Assembly: GCA_041691135.1 (NCBI GenBank) | Contig: JBEPVF010000003.1 | Coordinates: 80,327 to 144,326 of the forward strand | Source: Candidatus Peribacteria bacterium | GTDB lineage: Bacteria > Patescibacteriota > Gracilibacteria > Peribacterales > Peribacteraceae | DNA: 64,000 bases | Reading direction: 5' to 3' | Part shown: positions 44,404 to 53,500 of the stretch, in pieces | Layout: every line of letters starts with the position of its first letter | Position numbering within the stretch: position 1 is the stretch's first letter | Position numbers and translations under genes: made by a program | The notes under the pieces: generated by a model | What the model saw: only the letters and a program-made list of their open reading frames with translations | The model's database searches: none | Told to the model about the DNA's origin: nothing

Positions 44404-45684
44404 TTAGGATCGGCGAGCACATGCGGCAAACTTCTCGCCCTTCTCCTCGAAGTTCTTGAACATGCCGTAGCTTGGTGACGCAGTGGAGAGCAGGCAGATC
44501 TTGCCGGGCTTGGTTACTTCTTTGGCTGTTCGCACTGCCATTTCCATATCCGGTGCATCATGGAAAACGATGCCGACACGATGTGCATCCATGATGGCCT
44601 GTTTGATGCGCGGGCCGCTGCCCGGAAACAGGATCACGTGGCCGATCTGCGAATTGGCTACTTCATCGCCCAGATCGCCGAAGTTATTGCCGCGGTCCTG
44701 GCCGCCCAGAATGATCGTGCCGATGCGATTGCCCAATGCTTTGAGGGCGGCCATCGTCGATTCCGGTGTCGTCGAAATTGCGTCATCCACCCAGTCGATG
44801 CCGCCGATCGTTCCGAGGAATTGGAGCCGATGGGGCAGACCGGTGAAGCTCTTGATCGCTTCGATTGCCGTCATGTCGTTCACACCAAAATGCTTCGCGA
44901 TCTTGAACGCACCGCCGATGTTTGTCAGATTGTGTTCGCCGAGTAATTTGGTTTCCTCGATTTTTACGGGCGCATCCACAGCTGAGTAGGGGACTTTGGT
45001 ACCGGCGCTCTCATTCGCAATCTCTTGCGCGCCCAGCGAGGTTGAGTTGAAGAACACGACATCATCCGCAGCCTGAAAGCGTGTGATGTGCTTTTTGGCT
45101 TCCTTATACGCTTCCAGCGAGCCGTGGTAGTCCAGGTGTTCGGGGAAAAAACTCGTCACCACGGCGAGAGCCGGGCTCACCGTCAGATCCATCAGCTGAT
45201 AACTGCTCATCTCCAGCACGAATATTTTGCCCGGTTCGGCCTGATCGATGTAATCGATCGATGGGATACCGATGTTGCCGATCAGGTCTACGTCTTTGCC
45301 ACTGGCTTTCAGAATGGCGTGGATCAGGCTCGATGTGGTGCTCTTACCTTTGGAGCCGGTCACGCCGATCACGGTCACGCCGGTGTCTTTGATCGTGTCC
45401 AGAAAAATCTGTGTCGATGATGTGATTTTGGAACCTACGGCTGCCAGTTCTTTATTTGGTGGAATGCCGGGAGATTTGATGATCACATCGAACGGATCAA
45501 GATTCTTCATATAATTGGGACCGGTCTGGAGTGTGTAACCCTTTGCTTCCAGAGCAGGATTGCTATCGCCAATCGTGATGTCGGCCTGTATGCCGTTCTT
45601 TTCAATTGCCCTGAGCATGGCCTGGCCTTCGCGGCCGTAGCCGAGTAAGAGAATGGATTTGCCGCTGAGATCATTGATATGCAT
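44404..45684 (-). CDS. murD: UDP-N-acetylmuramoyl-L-alanine--glutamate ligase (MurD2-type by context)
   Basis: GYGREG, KSPGIP, GVTGSKGKSTT, EMSSYQL, EHLDYHG, LPHRLQ, DDAISTTPES, SYGMFKNFEEKG; directly downstream of murL. Confidence 0.92.
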   Translation of the reverse strand: MHINDLSGKSILLLGYGREGQAMLRAIEKNGIQADITIGDSNPALEAKGYTLQTGPNYMKNLDPFDVIIKSPGIPPNKELAAVGSKITSSTQIFLDTIKDTGVTVIGVTGSKGKSTTSSLIHAILKASGKDVDLIGNIGIPSIDYIDQAEPGKIFVLEMSSYQLMDLTVSPALAVVTSFFPEHLDYHGSLEAYKEAKKHITRFQAADDVVFFNSTSLGAQEIANESAGTKVPYSAVDAPVKIEETKLLGEHNLTNIGGAFKIAKHFGVNDMTAIEAIKSFTGLPHRLQFLGTIGGIDWVDDAISTTPESTMAALKALGNRIGTIILGGQDRGNNFGDLGDEVANSQIGHVILFPGSGPRIKQAIMDAHRVGIVFHDAPDMEMAVRTAKEVTKPGKICLLSTASPSYGMFKNFEEKGEKFAACARRS

Positions 45685-45696
45685 GGGTTCGCCGAG

Positions 45697-47073
45697 TTAG
45701 GTCATGGCGGGGAGATACATGGCGGGAATGGCGTGATGAGGGGAAGGAGTGAGTTGCTCCTCCATCATGGCGTGCACGTCATCGGGCAAGGTGGCTTCGT
45801 CCATGGCCACTTGCATAATCGGTGTGTCGCTCAGTTCGCCGCGTTCCTGCGCCAGGATGAAGGCGCTGAGGGTTTCTTCGGGTGTGCCGACGCACTCGAA
45901 GGGCTTGAAACCTTCCAAGCCAAGGAGCTCTCGATACAGCGGTTTGAGCGTTGCATCGTCGTAGAGGTTTTTGCCGAACATACTCACGAGTGTCTCTTTG
46001 GGCAGGAAGCCAGCGAGCAAGCTGAAAACGAACGCGCATTTGGGGCACTTTCCACACCAGCCTCCGCTGCGAGCTACGGCTGGCAGGCCAGCTTTTAAGG
46101 TATCTTTCAGGATTTTCCAGTTGGCATTGCAGCTGGTCACATGTTCAAAGTACTGCGGAAACCGTGTGAACAGTTTGGCGATGTGCAGCTCGCTCAGTGG
46201 CCGCAGTAAACTGAAGTAATCGATATCGGGCGTGATGAACTGATGAACGTACGACTGGAACAGCCGTTCGAATTCCAGGCTCTTGCTCCACTGGTGATTG
46301 ATCTCGCGGCCGAGGTACTTCACGTTGCCGTAGTTGGCGCTGCGCTCGTTGCTCATCACCACGGCGTCGAAGCCGTACAGAATGGCCAGGATGATCGTGA
46401 GGAACGATAGGTAGGCCGTGATGGGAATATGCCCGTTGAGCGCGCCTTCTTCGTTGAGTTTAAAGAGCGTGGGGGATAGCTGACGGTCGACGGTGATGAG
46501 CGGCAAACCGGCAATGCTCGCCAGTTCGTCGAGCAGCGGATGCGCACCCAGACGGAACAGCGTGATGTCGTAGCCCGCCTCGCGCAGCAGTTCGATGGTC
46601 ACCATCGAATCCTTGCCGCCGCCGATCGGAACCAGTACGCGCTTCTTCCCGCGTTTTGCGCTCGATGCGGAGCGTTCGGTGAGGTTGGGCATCGGAGGGC
46701 CGTCCGACGGGAAGCGGATCAGCTTCCGGTAGTCGATTTTATTATTGAAAAAGAACTCGCCCAGGCCGTTCTCGTACACCGTGTTCCAGAAGTTCGCCTG
46801 CAGTGTGCTCATCGTCCCCGAGCGCATCTCAATCGTTTTGGGCAGGCACGTTTTGTAGTAGCTGATGCCGCCCATAATGTGGAGCGCACTGATCGCCGCA
46901 TTCAGCGCTGCTTTGTCCTGCGCCAGTACCTCCGGTCGTATCTGCAGCATGGTGGGCAGCGTCAGCGTTTCGGTAAAGTGCAGCTCGTTATCCAGGCTGT
47001 AATTGAACGCCATGATGCGACTATTGGCATCAAAACTGTAGGAATCGAAGATGAACTTATCGTATTGTTTCAC
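45697..47073 (-). CDS. murL: UDP-MurNAc-L-Ala-L-Glu epimerase MurL
   Basis: GISYYK, GLGEFF, GGGKDS, NGHIPITA, SNERSA, NHQWSKS, SLLRPLSE, SCN, WCGKCPKC, KPFECVG. Confidence 0.85.
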   Translation of the reverse strand: MKQYDKFIFDSYSFDANSRIMAFNYSLDNELHFTETLTLPTMLQIRPEVLAQDKAALNAAISALHIMGGISYYKTCLPKTIEMRSGTMSTLQANFWNTVYENGLGEFFFNNKIDYRKLIRFPSDGPPMPNLTERSASSAKRGKKRVLVPIGGGKDSMVTIELLREAGYDITLFRLGAHPLLDELASIAGLPLITVDRQLSPTLFKLNEEGALNGHIPITAYLSFLTIILAILYGFDAVVMSNERSANYGNVKYLGREINHQWSKSLEFERLFQSYVHQFITPDIDYFSLLRPLSELHIAKLFTRFPQYFEHVTSCNANWKILKDTLKAGLPAVARSGGWCGKCPKCAFVFSLLAGFLPKETLVSMFGKNLYDDATLKPLYRELLGLEGFKPFECVGTPEETLSAFILAQERGELSDTPIMQVAMDEATLPDDVHAMMEEQLTPSPHHAIPAMYLPAMT

Positions 47074-47146
47074 GGGCAGAGGATAGCGGAAAAAGGTAGC
47101 GGGGTAGAATAGAGGGATTTGGAGATGATGCTAGGGTGAAACATTC

Positions 47147-47422
47147 TTAGAGATCGGTCTTCCTGATCACATACCCAGCGCCCGGACGCGTAACAATCAT
47201 CAGGCACTCCCCGCGAGTGGCATTTAAAACAGAACATGCAGCTTCAAATGACTGGGGCAAATTTCGGATGATTGCGTGTTCGGGGATGCTTGGTCCCGTT
47301 GCTAACCCTCTTATTCCCGACGATATAATATTGCCCGTCGCTTCAACCGGAACAGCATCTCTGCTCTCCAATGGAACTGCCTGACCATCCAATCCCATCA
47401 TCGACGTTTTATCTTTACCCAT
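47147..47422 (-). CDS. Hypothetical protein
   Basis: 91-aa ORF downstream of tRNA-Leu in AT-richer sequence. Confidence 0.4.
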   Translation of the reverse strand: MGKDKTSMMGLDGQAVPLESRDAVPVEATGNIISSGIRGLATGPSIPEHAIIRNLPQSFEAACSVLNATRGECLMIVTRPGAGYVIRKTDL

Positions 47423-47457
47423 GAACTGATGGTATCACGAATTTGCAGCGGCCCTCT

Positions 47458-47733
47458 TCAAGAGAGCAATTGAATAAGTTCCTGCACCTTGGCGATTTCC
47501 TTTTCATCATAATCAGCAATATTGTGCATGTTGGGAATCTTCTCCCACTTACGATGAAAATCCCGATGGGACTGAGACACAGCAAGATAACCCCGGAGAT
47601 ACGCTACTACCTCTTCGTGAGTCTCCAGTCCAAAGTGATGCAATAAGCCGTCACAAAGGTCTTTCACTGAATAAAGCCCTTCTTCTTGTTCGAGATGGGC
47701 CCGAAACTCTGTGAGCGCAGTACGCCAATCCAT
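47458..47733 (-). CDS. Hypothetical protein
   Basis: 91-aa ORF directly downstream of tRNA-Leu. Confidence 0.5.
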   Translation of the reverse strand: MDWRTALTEFRAHLEQEEGLYSVKDLCDGLLHHFGLETHEEVVAYLRGYLAVSQSHRDFHRKWEKIPNMHNIADYDEKEIAKVQELIQLLS

Positions 47734-47767
47734 ATCATGTAATGTGATACGAATAGAAACTAGTTTG

Positions 47768-47852
47768 TGGTGCCGAAGGAGGGAATCGAACCCTCACACC
47801 TTGCGGTACACGATTTTGAGTCGTGCGCGTCTACCAATTCCGCCACTTCGGC
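47768..47852 (-). tRNA. tRNA-Leu(CAA)
   Basis: GCCGAAGTGGCGGAATTGGTAGACGCGCACGA-CT-CAA-AA-TCGTGTACCGCAAGGTGTGAGGGTTCGATTCCCTCCTTCGGCACCA, long variable arm. Confidence 0.97.
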
Positions 47853-47886
47853 ATACGGGACGTAGAATACACGATATTGACCGCCC

Positions 47887-49581
47887 TCAATACACCTCCT
47901 TCAGGTAACAATCCTCGCAGTAGACGGTTTCGGGCCGCTCGGGCGCATAGCTTGTTTCTATATGCTTTCCACACTTCTGGCACTCCCTCTGCCAGATTTT
48001 CCGCGGATTCCTCAGTGCATGGCGGGCTGCATGGCGTACATCGAAATGCTGACGTGGTACCGGAATCTGCTGTGTCCGGTAGAAATTGAGTTCTGCCTGC
48101 TGGATGCGGAAGGGTCGTTTGGTTACCGAGCAGCGAATCGCCCAGTTCAGAATGTCGTCAGGAATATCGTTGATGGATGCAGGCAACATCTCGGCATCAA
48201 TGATTTTCTCCACTGCCGGAATATCATCCGTTCGGTCCTTCCACTCCCAGCCGTTGGCGAGCACCTGTTCCTTCGTGAGAGGATAGTAATCCTGGGCCAC
48301 CGTCTCGTTGTACGCAAAAGCGGACAGTTCAGACGGAAAGAAGGCACCCCATTCGCCGTCCGTTTGCATTCGTTCGATAATCTTCGGCACGAGTTCGTCG
48401 TATTGTTCCTTTGAGTACTGCTTGTTGAGAATGCAACGGGAACTTTTCTTCAAGCCGATACATCCAAAGACATCTTTCGGGCCGAGCATGCTGAACATGC
48501 TGTAATAGACGTTGCTTGCTCCACCACCGACGTAGAAGCACCCCATGACATTCTGTGCGCCTGCGCCGATGTATGCGCAGTTGTAGGCGAGTGCCAATTG
48601 GTCGCCCCAGGCATCAATATCGTACGCATCGCTCCCACCCATCATGCAGTTCGTGCAGTAGCGGCTGTCCCTCAGCCCCAGGCAATCGAACGAATCGGAT
48701 GTATTCTTGCATTCCGACAGGTTATCGCCGCTCACTTGTTCATTCTGTAGTCCCCGCAGCGCACGTTTGGGTTTGCTTAGAAAAAACTCCTCACATTGCT
48801 TAAGGAGGGCTTCAACACCTTCGTGTGTTTCAAGATGGAAAGCGACCTTTCTCAATTCAAATTCTTCTTTGGACAGCGGTTCGTTGAAGATGTGATATTC
48901 CTTCTGACGCAGGTTCACGCAGCCGATGCAGTTACGGCAGCCTACACAGTCGAGTAAGAACGATGAATTAGAGCAGTTAGAACAATGGCGTGAATAGCGC
49001 AGATCAAACGAGTTCTGGCAGTGAATGCATTCGTAGCAGAGCTCGCATTCCTTCAGGAAAAGGAAGTCGCAGCAATTTTTGATGAGACCGTACAGTTCGC
49101 CGTAATAGCTGTCTTCGGCCTGTTCGCCATCGAAGATGAGATAGCAATTCTTGAGCCGATAGCCGTCGTGGATGTAGTCGCTGTTGATATTCTCGCCAAG
49201 CGTGAAGACTCCCATTTTCGGGAAGGCTCTCCATAAGTCATGCAGCTGGTCAAAGAAGGGACGACTCGAATCATAATTGCGTGCATACGACAGTGGATCC
49301 CACCCGTCGCCGTACCAGCAAGTCGGACAGTAGACAGGCGTTTTCTTGTCCGGTGAATAGACCGAAATCATGTTCTTTCGGCACAGATCGCATTTTCGCG
49401 CATACAGATTGCGTTCATTTCGCTGAGCCAGACGCCGCTGCTGACGGCAATCGTCACAAAGAGCGGGCGGTGGTGGGGGATATTTCTTACCCTGGAACTC
49501 CGGCGCGATTTTTTCGAAGAAGAGCATGTCTTCATCGGATACTGCGAAGCCCGAACCGCATTTGGAGCACGAACAATCCAT
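47887..49581 (-). CDS. Large Cys-rich CPR-type hypothetical protein (zinc ribbons plus C-x-x repeats)
   Basis: CxxC pairs at both ends, RNERNLY.R.C..C, CIGCVNLR.KEY.IFN, ILNKQYSKE.Y, FAYNETVAQ, RNPRKIW.R.C..C, VYCE.CY. Confidence 0.88.
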   Translation of the reverse strand: MDCSCSKCGSGFAVSDEDMLFFEKIAPEFQGKKYPPPPPALCDDCRQQRRLAQRNERNLYARKCDLCRKNMISVYSPDKKTPVYCPTCWYGDGWDPLSYARNYDSSRPFFDQLHDLWRAFPKMGVFTLGENINSDYIHDGYRLKNCYLIFDGEQAEDSYYGELYGLIKNCCDFLFLKECELCYECIHCQNSFDLRYSRHCSNCSNSSFLLDCVGCRNCIGCVNLRQKEYHIFNEPLSKEEFELRKVAFHLETHEGVEALLKQCEEFFLSKPKRALRGLQNEQVSGDNLSECKNTSDSFDCLGLRDSRYCTNCMMGGSDAYDIDAWGDQLALAYNCAYIGAGAQNVMGCFYVGGGASNVYYSMFSMLGPKDVFGCIGLKKSSRCILNKQYSKEQYDELVPKIIERMQTDGEWGAFFPSELSAFAYNETVAQDYYPLTKEQVLANGWEWKDRTDDIPAVEKIIDAEMLPASINDIPDDILNWAIRCSVTKRPFRIQQAELNFYRTQQIPVPRQHFDVRHAARHALRNPRKIWQRECQKCGKHIETSYAPERPETVYCEDCYLKEVY

Positions 49582-49619
49582 AAGGAGCTGATCATACTCA
49601 TATAAATAGGTACTTGATA

Positions 49620-49692
49620 GCGGCGTAGCGGTATCGCCGTTTCAATAGTTCTCACGCTAGGAAAACCAAGCCACTCTGGTGCCGCAAAGCCG
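49620..49692. repeat. TTC/TAC-family palindromic element
   Basis: gcggcGTAGcggtatc...ggtgccgcAAAgccgt; first 19 bp identical to 15713-15731. Confidence 0.75.
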
Positions 49693-49694
49693 TA

Positions 49695-50333
49695 TCAAGG
49701 GCCCCATCGATCCCGAATCACTCCCACCAGGTACCATTTGCCATCGGTGTCTTTTTTGAAGACCAATCGCAAACTCGCCCAATCCATGCCTTCGTACTGC
49801 GGATCGAAACCGTCGAAGTGATATTCGACGATTTGCGCATCAGGTCCGTAGAACTCGCGTGCATTATCGGTCGATGAACCGTGGTTCATGGTTTGGTTCC
49901 AGGTGACTGTAGGTGCCTGCGTAAAGTCGTGGTCCCAGATGTACTTGTCGTAGTACTGGGCGAAAGACAAATCGATCGGCAACCCTGAGGCATCCTCCAC
50001 GCCCCAGTGCCTCTGGCTGGAATCCTGCATGGCTGTCGTCAACTCAGTGGGTTTGAGGACGACATCCTGATCGTCGATAGAAGTGAATGGGGTGAACCGG
50101 ACACCGAGGGTGGGATGCGACAGGGCGGCGAAGCCGGTCATGTCTTTTGCCTTCAGTGTTTGCAGTACTGCTGTCGCAATGGCTTCAGGAGTCGTCTCTG
50201 CCATGGGCGAGGACATGTCGGCGGAAGAGACGGATGACGAGGACGATCCATCGATTGTGCCGGTTGCGGAGGTGCAACCAACCAGGGTAATCGTGAGGCA
50301 GAGCAGTGTTCTCGAAAGGTGACGAATGTGCAT
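49695..50333 (-). CDS. Hypothetical lipoprotein
   Basis: Lipobox LVGC; HPTLGVRFTP, WG..D.SG.PI.L.F..YY, GMDWASLRLVF...WYLVGV. Confidence 0.8.
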   Translation of the reverse strand: MHIRHLSRTLLCLTITLVGCTSATGTIDGSSSSSVSSADMSSPMAETTPEAIATAVLQTLKAKDMTGFAALSHPTLGVRFTPFTSIDDQDVVLKPTELTTAMQDSSQRHWGVEDASGLPIDLSFAQYYDKYIWDHDFTQAPTVTWNQTMNHGSSTDNAREFYGPDAQIVEYHFDGFDPQYEGMDWASLRLVFKKDTDGKWYLVGVIRDRWGP

Positions 50334-50645
50334 AGTGGAGAGAAGTATAGCGCGGCTGATGTGAAAAAGTATCCAGAATCTGACGCATGGAAAAAGACCG
50401 TCTTACAAAAAATGTTGAGTATTTCTTTTACACCATTTTCGGGCAGTAGTATCGTCAGCTCCATGTCTCCCGCACAGCTTCTCCTCGGAAAAATCATCGA
50501 GCTGCTCAAGCGCCTGATCCAAGGTCCGGTTCCTGAGTATGTGCCGGTTCGCAGCAAGCGATCGCGATAAACTGCTGAGCGCTCTTGCAAAGAGTACTCT
50601 TGGACGCTTGGCACAGCGGCACATTGCTTCATGTGGTGACATTCT

Positions 50646-51911
50646 ATGCCCGCCCTCTCCGTTGCCAACGGCGACCGCTTAACCGTACTTCGCGAGCGCA
50701 TTCGTACGGCTCCCACCGAGCCCGGTGTGTACCGCTGGCTCGATCGAGACGGCGATATTCTGTATGTCGGCAAAGCCAAGAATCTGCGCAATCGGCTCAA
50801 GAGTTATGTAACCGGATCGCCGCAACGCGATGCGGGCGTGTTCAAGCGCAGTATGTGGGACAAAATGTGGGAGCTGGACCTGACGGTTACCAACACCGAA
50901 CTCGAGGCGCTGATTCTGGAGATGAACCTGATCCACAAGATCAAGCCGCCGTACAACGTGGCCATGAAGCGCGACCGGTCATACTGCTTCGTCCGCGTTG
51001 GCGCGAATGAGGATTTTCCATCAGTGCGCATTGTACAGAAGCGGGCGGTGGATGGTGCTCGCTATTTTGGGCCGTTCCTCAACCGGCGCGGGCAGGAGCA
51101 GATGATCGATTTGTTGCGTACGGTGTATCCATTTCGCACATGCACGATGGGCATCAGTATGGCTGAGCCGGAGCTGTTCCCGGTTCGTGAGGTGGGGAAG
51201 CGGTTGGAGCTGGAGGTAACGCTCAAGAAACCGGATCGTCGCGCACCGTGTTTGGATTATCATATTCAGCGCTGCAGCGGACCGTGCGCTGGTTCCATTA
51301 CAAAACAGGATTATGCTGACAAATCGATCCATGGTGTGATCGAGTTCTACGAAGGCAAATTTGCACCGGTCATTGACCGATTGATTGAGCGCATGCAGGC
51401 GGCGGCCACCGGTCGCAAGTTCGAGCGAGCGATGGAAATCCGCGATGCACTGCGATTCGTGAAAGGTTTACAGCGGCAGCATCAATTATTCCGGTTTACC
51501 GATGTGTATGCCGATGCCGTTGCCTGTGCGCTCTACGGCGAGACTCTCCATATCGTTCTGCTACAAGTCCGTGGGGGGAATGTCGTCAACGAAATGGCAG
51601 TTTCGCTTGAGCAGTCGGAGAAGATCGAGGAGATGCTCACAGATTTTCTGACCCAGTACTATGCGCAGGAATCAGCCGTCCCGGACCGCATTTTTATTGA
51701 CCGTGATCTTCCCGATGTATCTGTGCTCAAGCAGTACCTTCGTTCTTTACGTAGCAGTGCCGTCTCTATTGATGTGCCTCAAAAAGGCGAAGGGGCAAAG
51801 CTGATCAAACTGGCGCGGAAGAATGTGGAGAAAAAGATTGAGATGGAGCGGAAGAGGAGGGATGAGGAGGTAGTACAAGGAGTGGAGAGGTTGGTGCCGG
51901 CGATGGGATAG
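50646..51911 (+). CDS. UvrC-like excinuclease, N-terminal half only (Cho-like or truncated)
   Basis: PGVY...ILYVGKAKNLRNRLKSY, EALILE.NLI....PPYN, YFGPF, Cys cluster, UVR domain; no RNase H-like 5' nuclease or HhH domain. Confidence 0.85.
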   Translation: MPALSVANGDRLTVLRERIRTAPTEPGVYRWLDRDGDILYVGKAKNLRNRLKSYVTGSPQRDAGVFKRSMWDKMWELDLTVTNTELEALILEMNLIHKIKPPYNVAMKRDRSYCFVRVGANEDFPSVRIVQKRAVDGARYFGPFLNRRGQEQMIDLLRTVYPFRTCTMGISMAEPELFPVREVGKRLELEVTLKKPDRRAPCLDYHIQRCSGPCAGSITKQDYADKSIHGVIEFYEGKFAPVIDRLIERMQAAATGRKFERAMEIRDALRFVKGLQRQHQLFRFTDVYADAVACALYGETLHIVLLQVRGGNVVNEMAVSLEQSEKIEEMLTDFLTQYYAQESAVPDRIFIDRDLPDVSVLKQYLRSLRSSAVSIDVPQKGEGAKLIKLARKNVEKKIEMERKRRDEEVVQGVERLVPAMG

Positions 51912-52096
51912 TACCCCATCCGCCCTGTGGGGCACCTTCCCCGGCCCACCCACATGCCAACACGGGGAAGGATAAAAGAACAAAACAGAAACATTCCCTT
52001 CACCGTGAAAGTCTCAGAGGATGTGTTAAATGTAAAATGTTTGATCCGCTCAGGAACAGAATGGAGGAGTCGGGGGAAGGGTTAGGGATGGGGTAC
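51911..52096 (+). repeat. MITE-like palindromic element (~185 bp)
   Basis: Terminal IR gtaccccatcc / ggatggggtac; colinear with 53211-53393. Confidence 0.88.
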
Positions 52097-52117
52097 GACT
52101 CGGAGTACACTGGGCAT

Positions 52118-52399
52118 ATGCGCTACTGGTTCAAGAATAAATACTACGGTTGGGGTTGGCGGCCGGCTACGTGGCAGGGATGGCTCATTATGGCGGTATA
52201 CGTCGCCATTGTCGTGTGGATTTTTCGTGACGTCGACTCACAGTCTCACTCGGGAAGTGACACGCTCATCGGCATGGTTGTGCCGGTTATTCTGCTGACC
52301 GTCGCACTCATTGTGATTTGCTGGAAAACAGGGGAGAAGCCGGAGTGGCGATGGGGAAAGAAAAAATCCGAAATTCGAAATTCGAAGCACGAAAGCTGA
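52118..52399 (+). CDS. Small hypothetical membrane protein
   Basis: YWFK.K.YGWGW.PATWQGW, two TM, KTGEKP.WRWG; TACACT 6 nt upstream of the start. Confidence 0.8.
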   Translation: MRYWFKNKYYGWGWRPATWQGWLIMAVYVAIVVWIFRDVDSQSHSGSDTLIGMVVPVILLTVALIVICWKTGEKPEWRWGKKKSEIRNSKHES

Positions 52400-52441
52400 A
52401 GGAGTGACATTTTTCGAATTTCAATATTCGTGCTTCGTGCT
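52362..52441. repeat. 7-bp-periodic inverted repeat
   Basis: aatccga-aattcga-aattcga-agcacga ... ttcgaat-ttcaata-ttcgtgc-ttcgtgc; the left arm is translated as the C-terminus of the upstream ORF. Confidence 0.82.
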
Positions 52442-52445
52442 TTTT

Positions 52446-53210
52446 ATGAAAATTGCTTCTCTTTCGCCAGCCGCTACCGAAATACTCTTCGCCCTCGGGC
52501 TGGGTCATTTGATTGTCTGCACCGATCAATTCAGTAATTTTCCGGAAGAAACGAAGAAGGTTCCTTACTTGAAAGATCATCAGCGCATCAACGCCGCAGC
52601 ACTGTCTGAATTCAAACCAGATGTTGTGTTAACAGGAACGGTGATACAGGAAAAATTAGCTGAGCAATTGAAAGCAGAGGGCTTCACAGTCGTACATCAG
52701 GATCCGCATTTCCTTGCCGACGTCTTCGAGACAATCGCGCAGCTCGAAACGTTGTTCAGTCAGTGGGCGGATCAGGCCGATGTGCTGATCGCACGGCTGC
52801 GAGCCGAGCTCCATGTTCTTGAAAAGAGAGCCAAACTGATGGGCGCCCGGCCGAAAGTCTATATAGAGGAATGGCACGATCCGCCGATGGTGAGCGGTAA
52901 CTGGGTACCCGAACTGATCCGTGCAGCCGGCGGCCAATCGTTTCCCATCGAGGCGGGTGCACTCAGTCGTGCCGTCACACTCGACGAAGTGAAGAAATTC
53001 GATCCAGATCTGATCGTCATCAGCTGGTGCGGAGCCGGGCTGTTGGCCGACAAATCACTGCTGATGAAACGGGAAGGATGGGATCAATTGCGTGCGGTGC
53101 GATTGGATCACGTTCGCGTGATCGACGATTCGCTCCTCAATCGGCCGGGTCCGCGACTCGTGGAAGGGGCGAAGAGAGTATATGGATGGATGTTTGAACT
53201 GCTTCACTGA
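52446..53210 (+). CDS. BtuF-like (cobalamin/Fe-siderophore) binding-fold protein without signal peptide
   Basis: MKIASLSPAATEILFALG, KPDVVL, PKVYIEEW.DP, GNWVPELI..AGG, LNRPGPRLVEG. Confidence 0.85.
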   Translation: MKIASLSPAATEILFALGLGHLIVCTDQFSNFPEETKKVPYLKDHQRINAAALSEFKPDVVLTGTVIQEKLAEQLKAEGFTVVHQDPHFLADVFETIAQLETLFSQWADQADVLIARLRAELHVLEKRAKLMGARPKVYIEEWHDPPMVSGNWVPELIRAAGGQSFPIEAGALSRAVTLDEVKKFDPDLIVISWCGAGLLADKSLLMKREGWDQLRAVRLDHVRVIDDSLLNRPGPRLVEGAKRVYGWMFELLH

Positions 53211-53393
53211 TACCCCATCCGCCCTGTGGGGCACCTTCCCCGGCATTCCCACTTTCTTTCACGGGGAAGGGCAAGAGAAAAAACAGAAATATTCCCTTCC
53301 CCGTGAAAGTCTCCACAGATGTGTCATCTACAAAAAGTCTGAACCCCTCAGAAAAGAGTGGAGGTGGCGGGGGAAGGGTTAGGGATGGGGTAC
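53211..53393 (+). repeat. MITE-like palindromic element (~183 bp)
   Basis: taccccatccgccctgtggggcaccttccccggc ... gggggaagggttagggatggggtac. Confidence 0.88.
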
Positions 53394-53500
53394 GAGTGAA
53401 AGAACTCCCATTTCCGCCGTTTCATACAAAAGATTTACTCGTTTCCGTTGAAATTGGCCCGGCGGGCGATTAGGCTCAATACGCCCTTTTCCTCTCTCCC

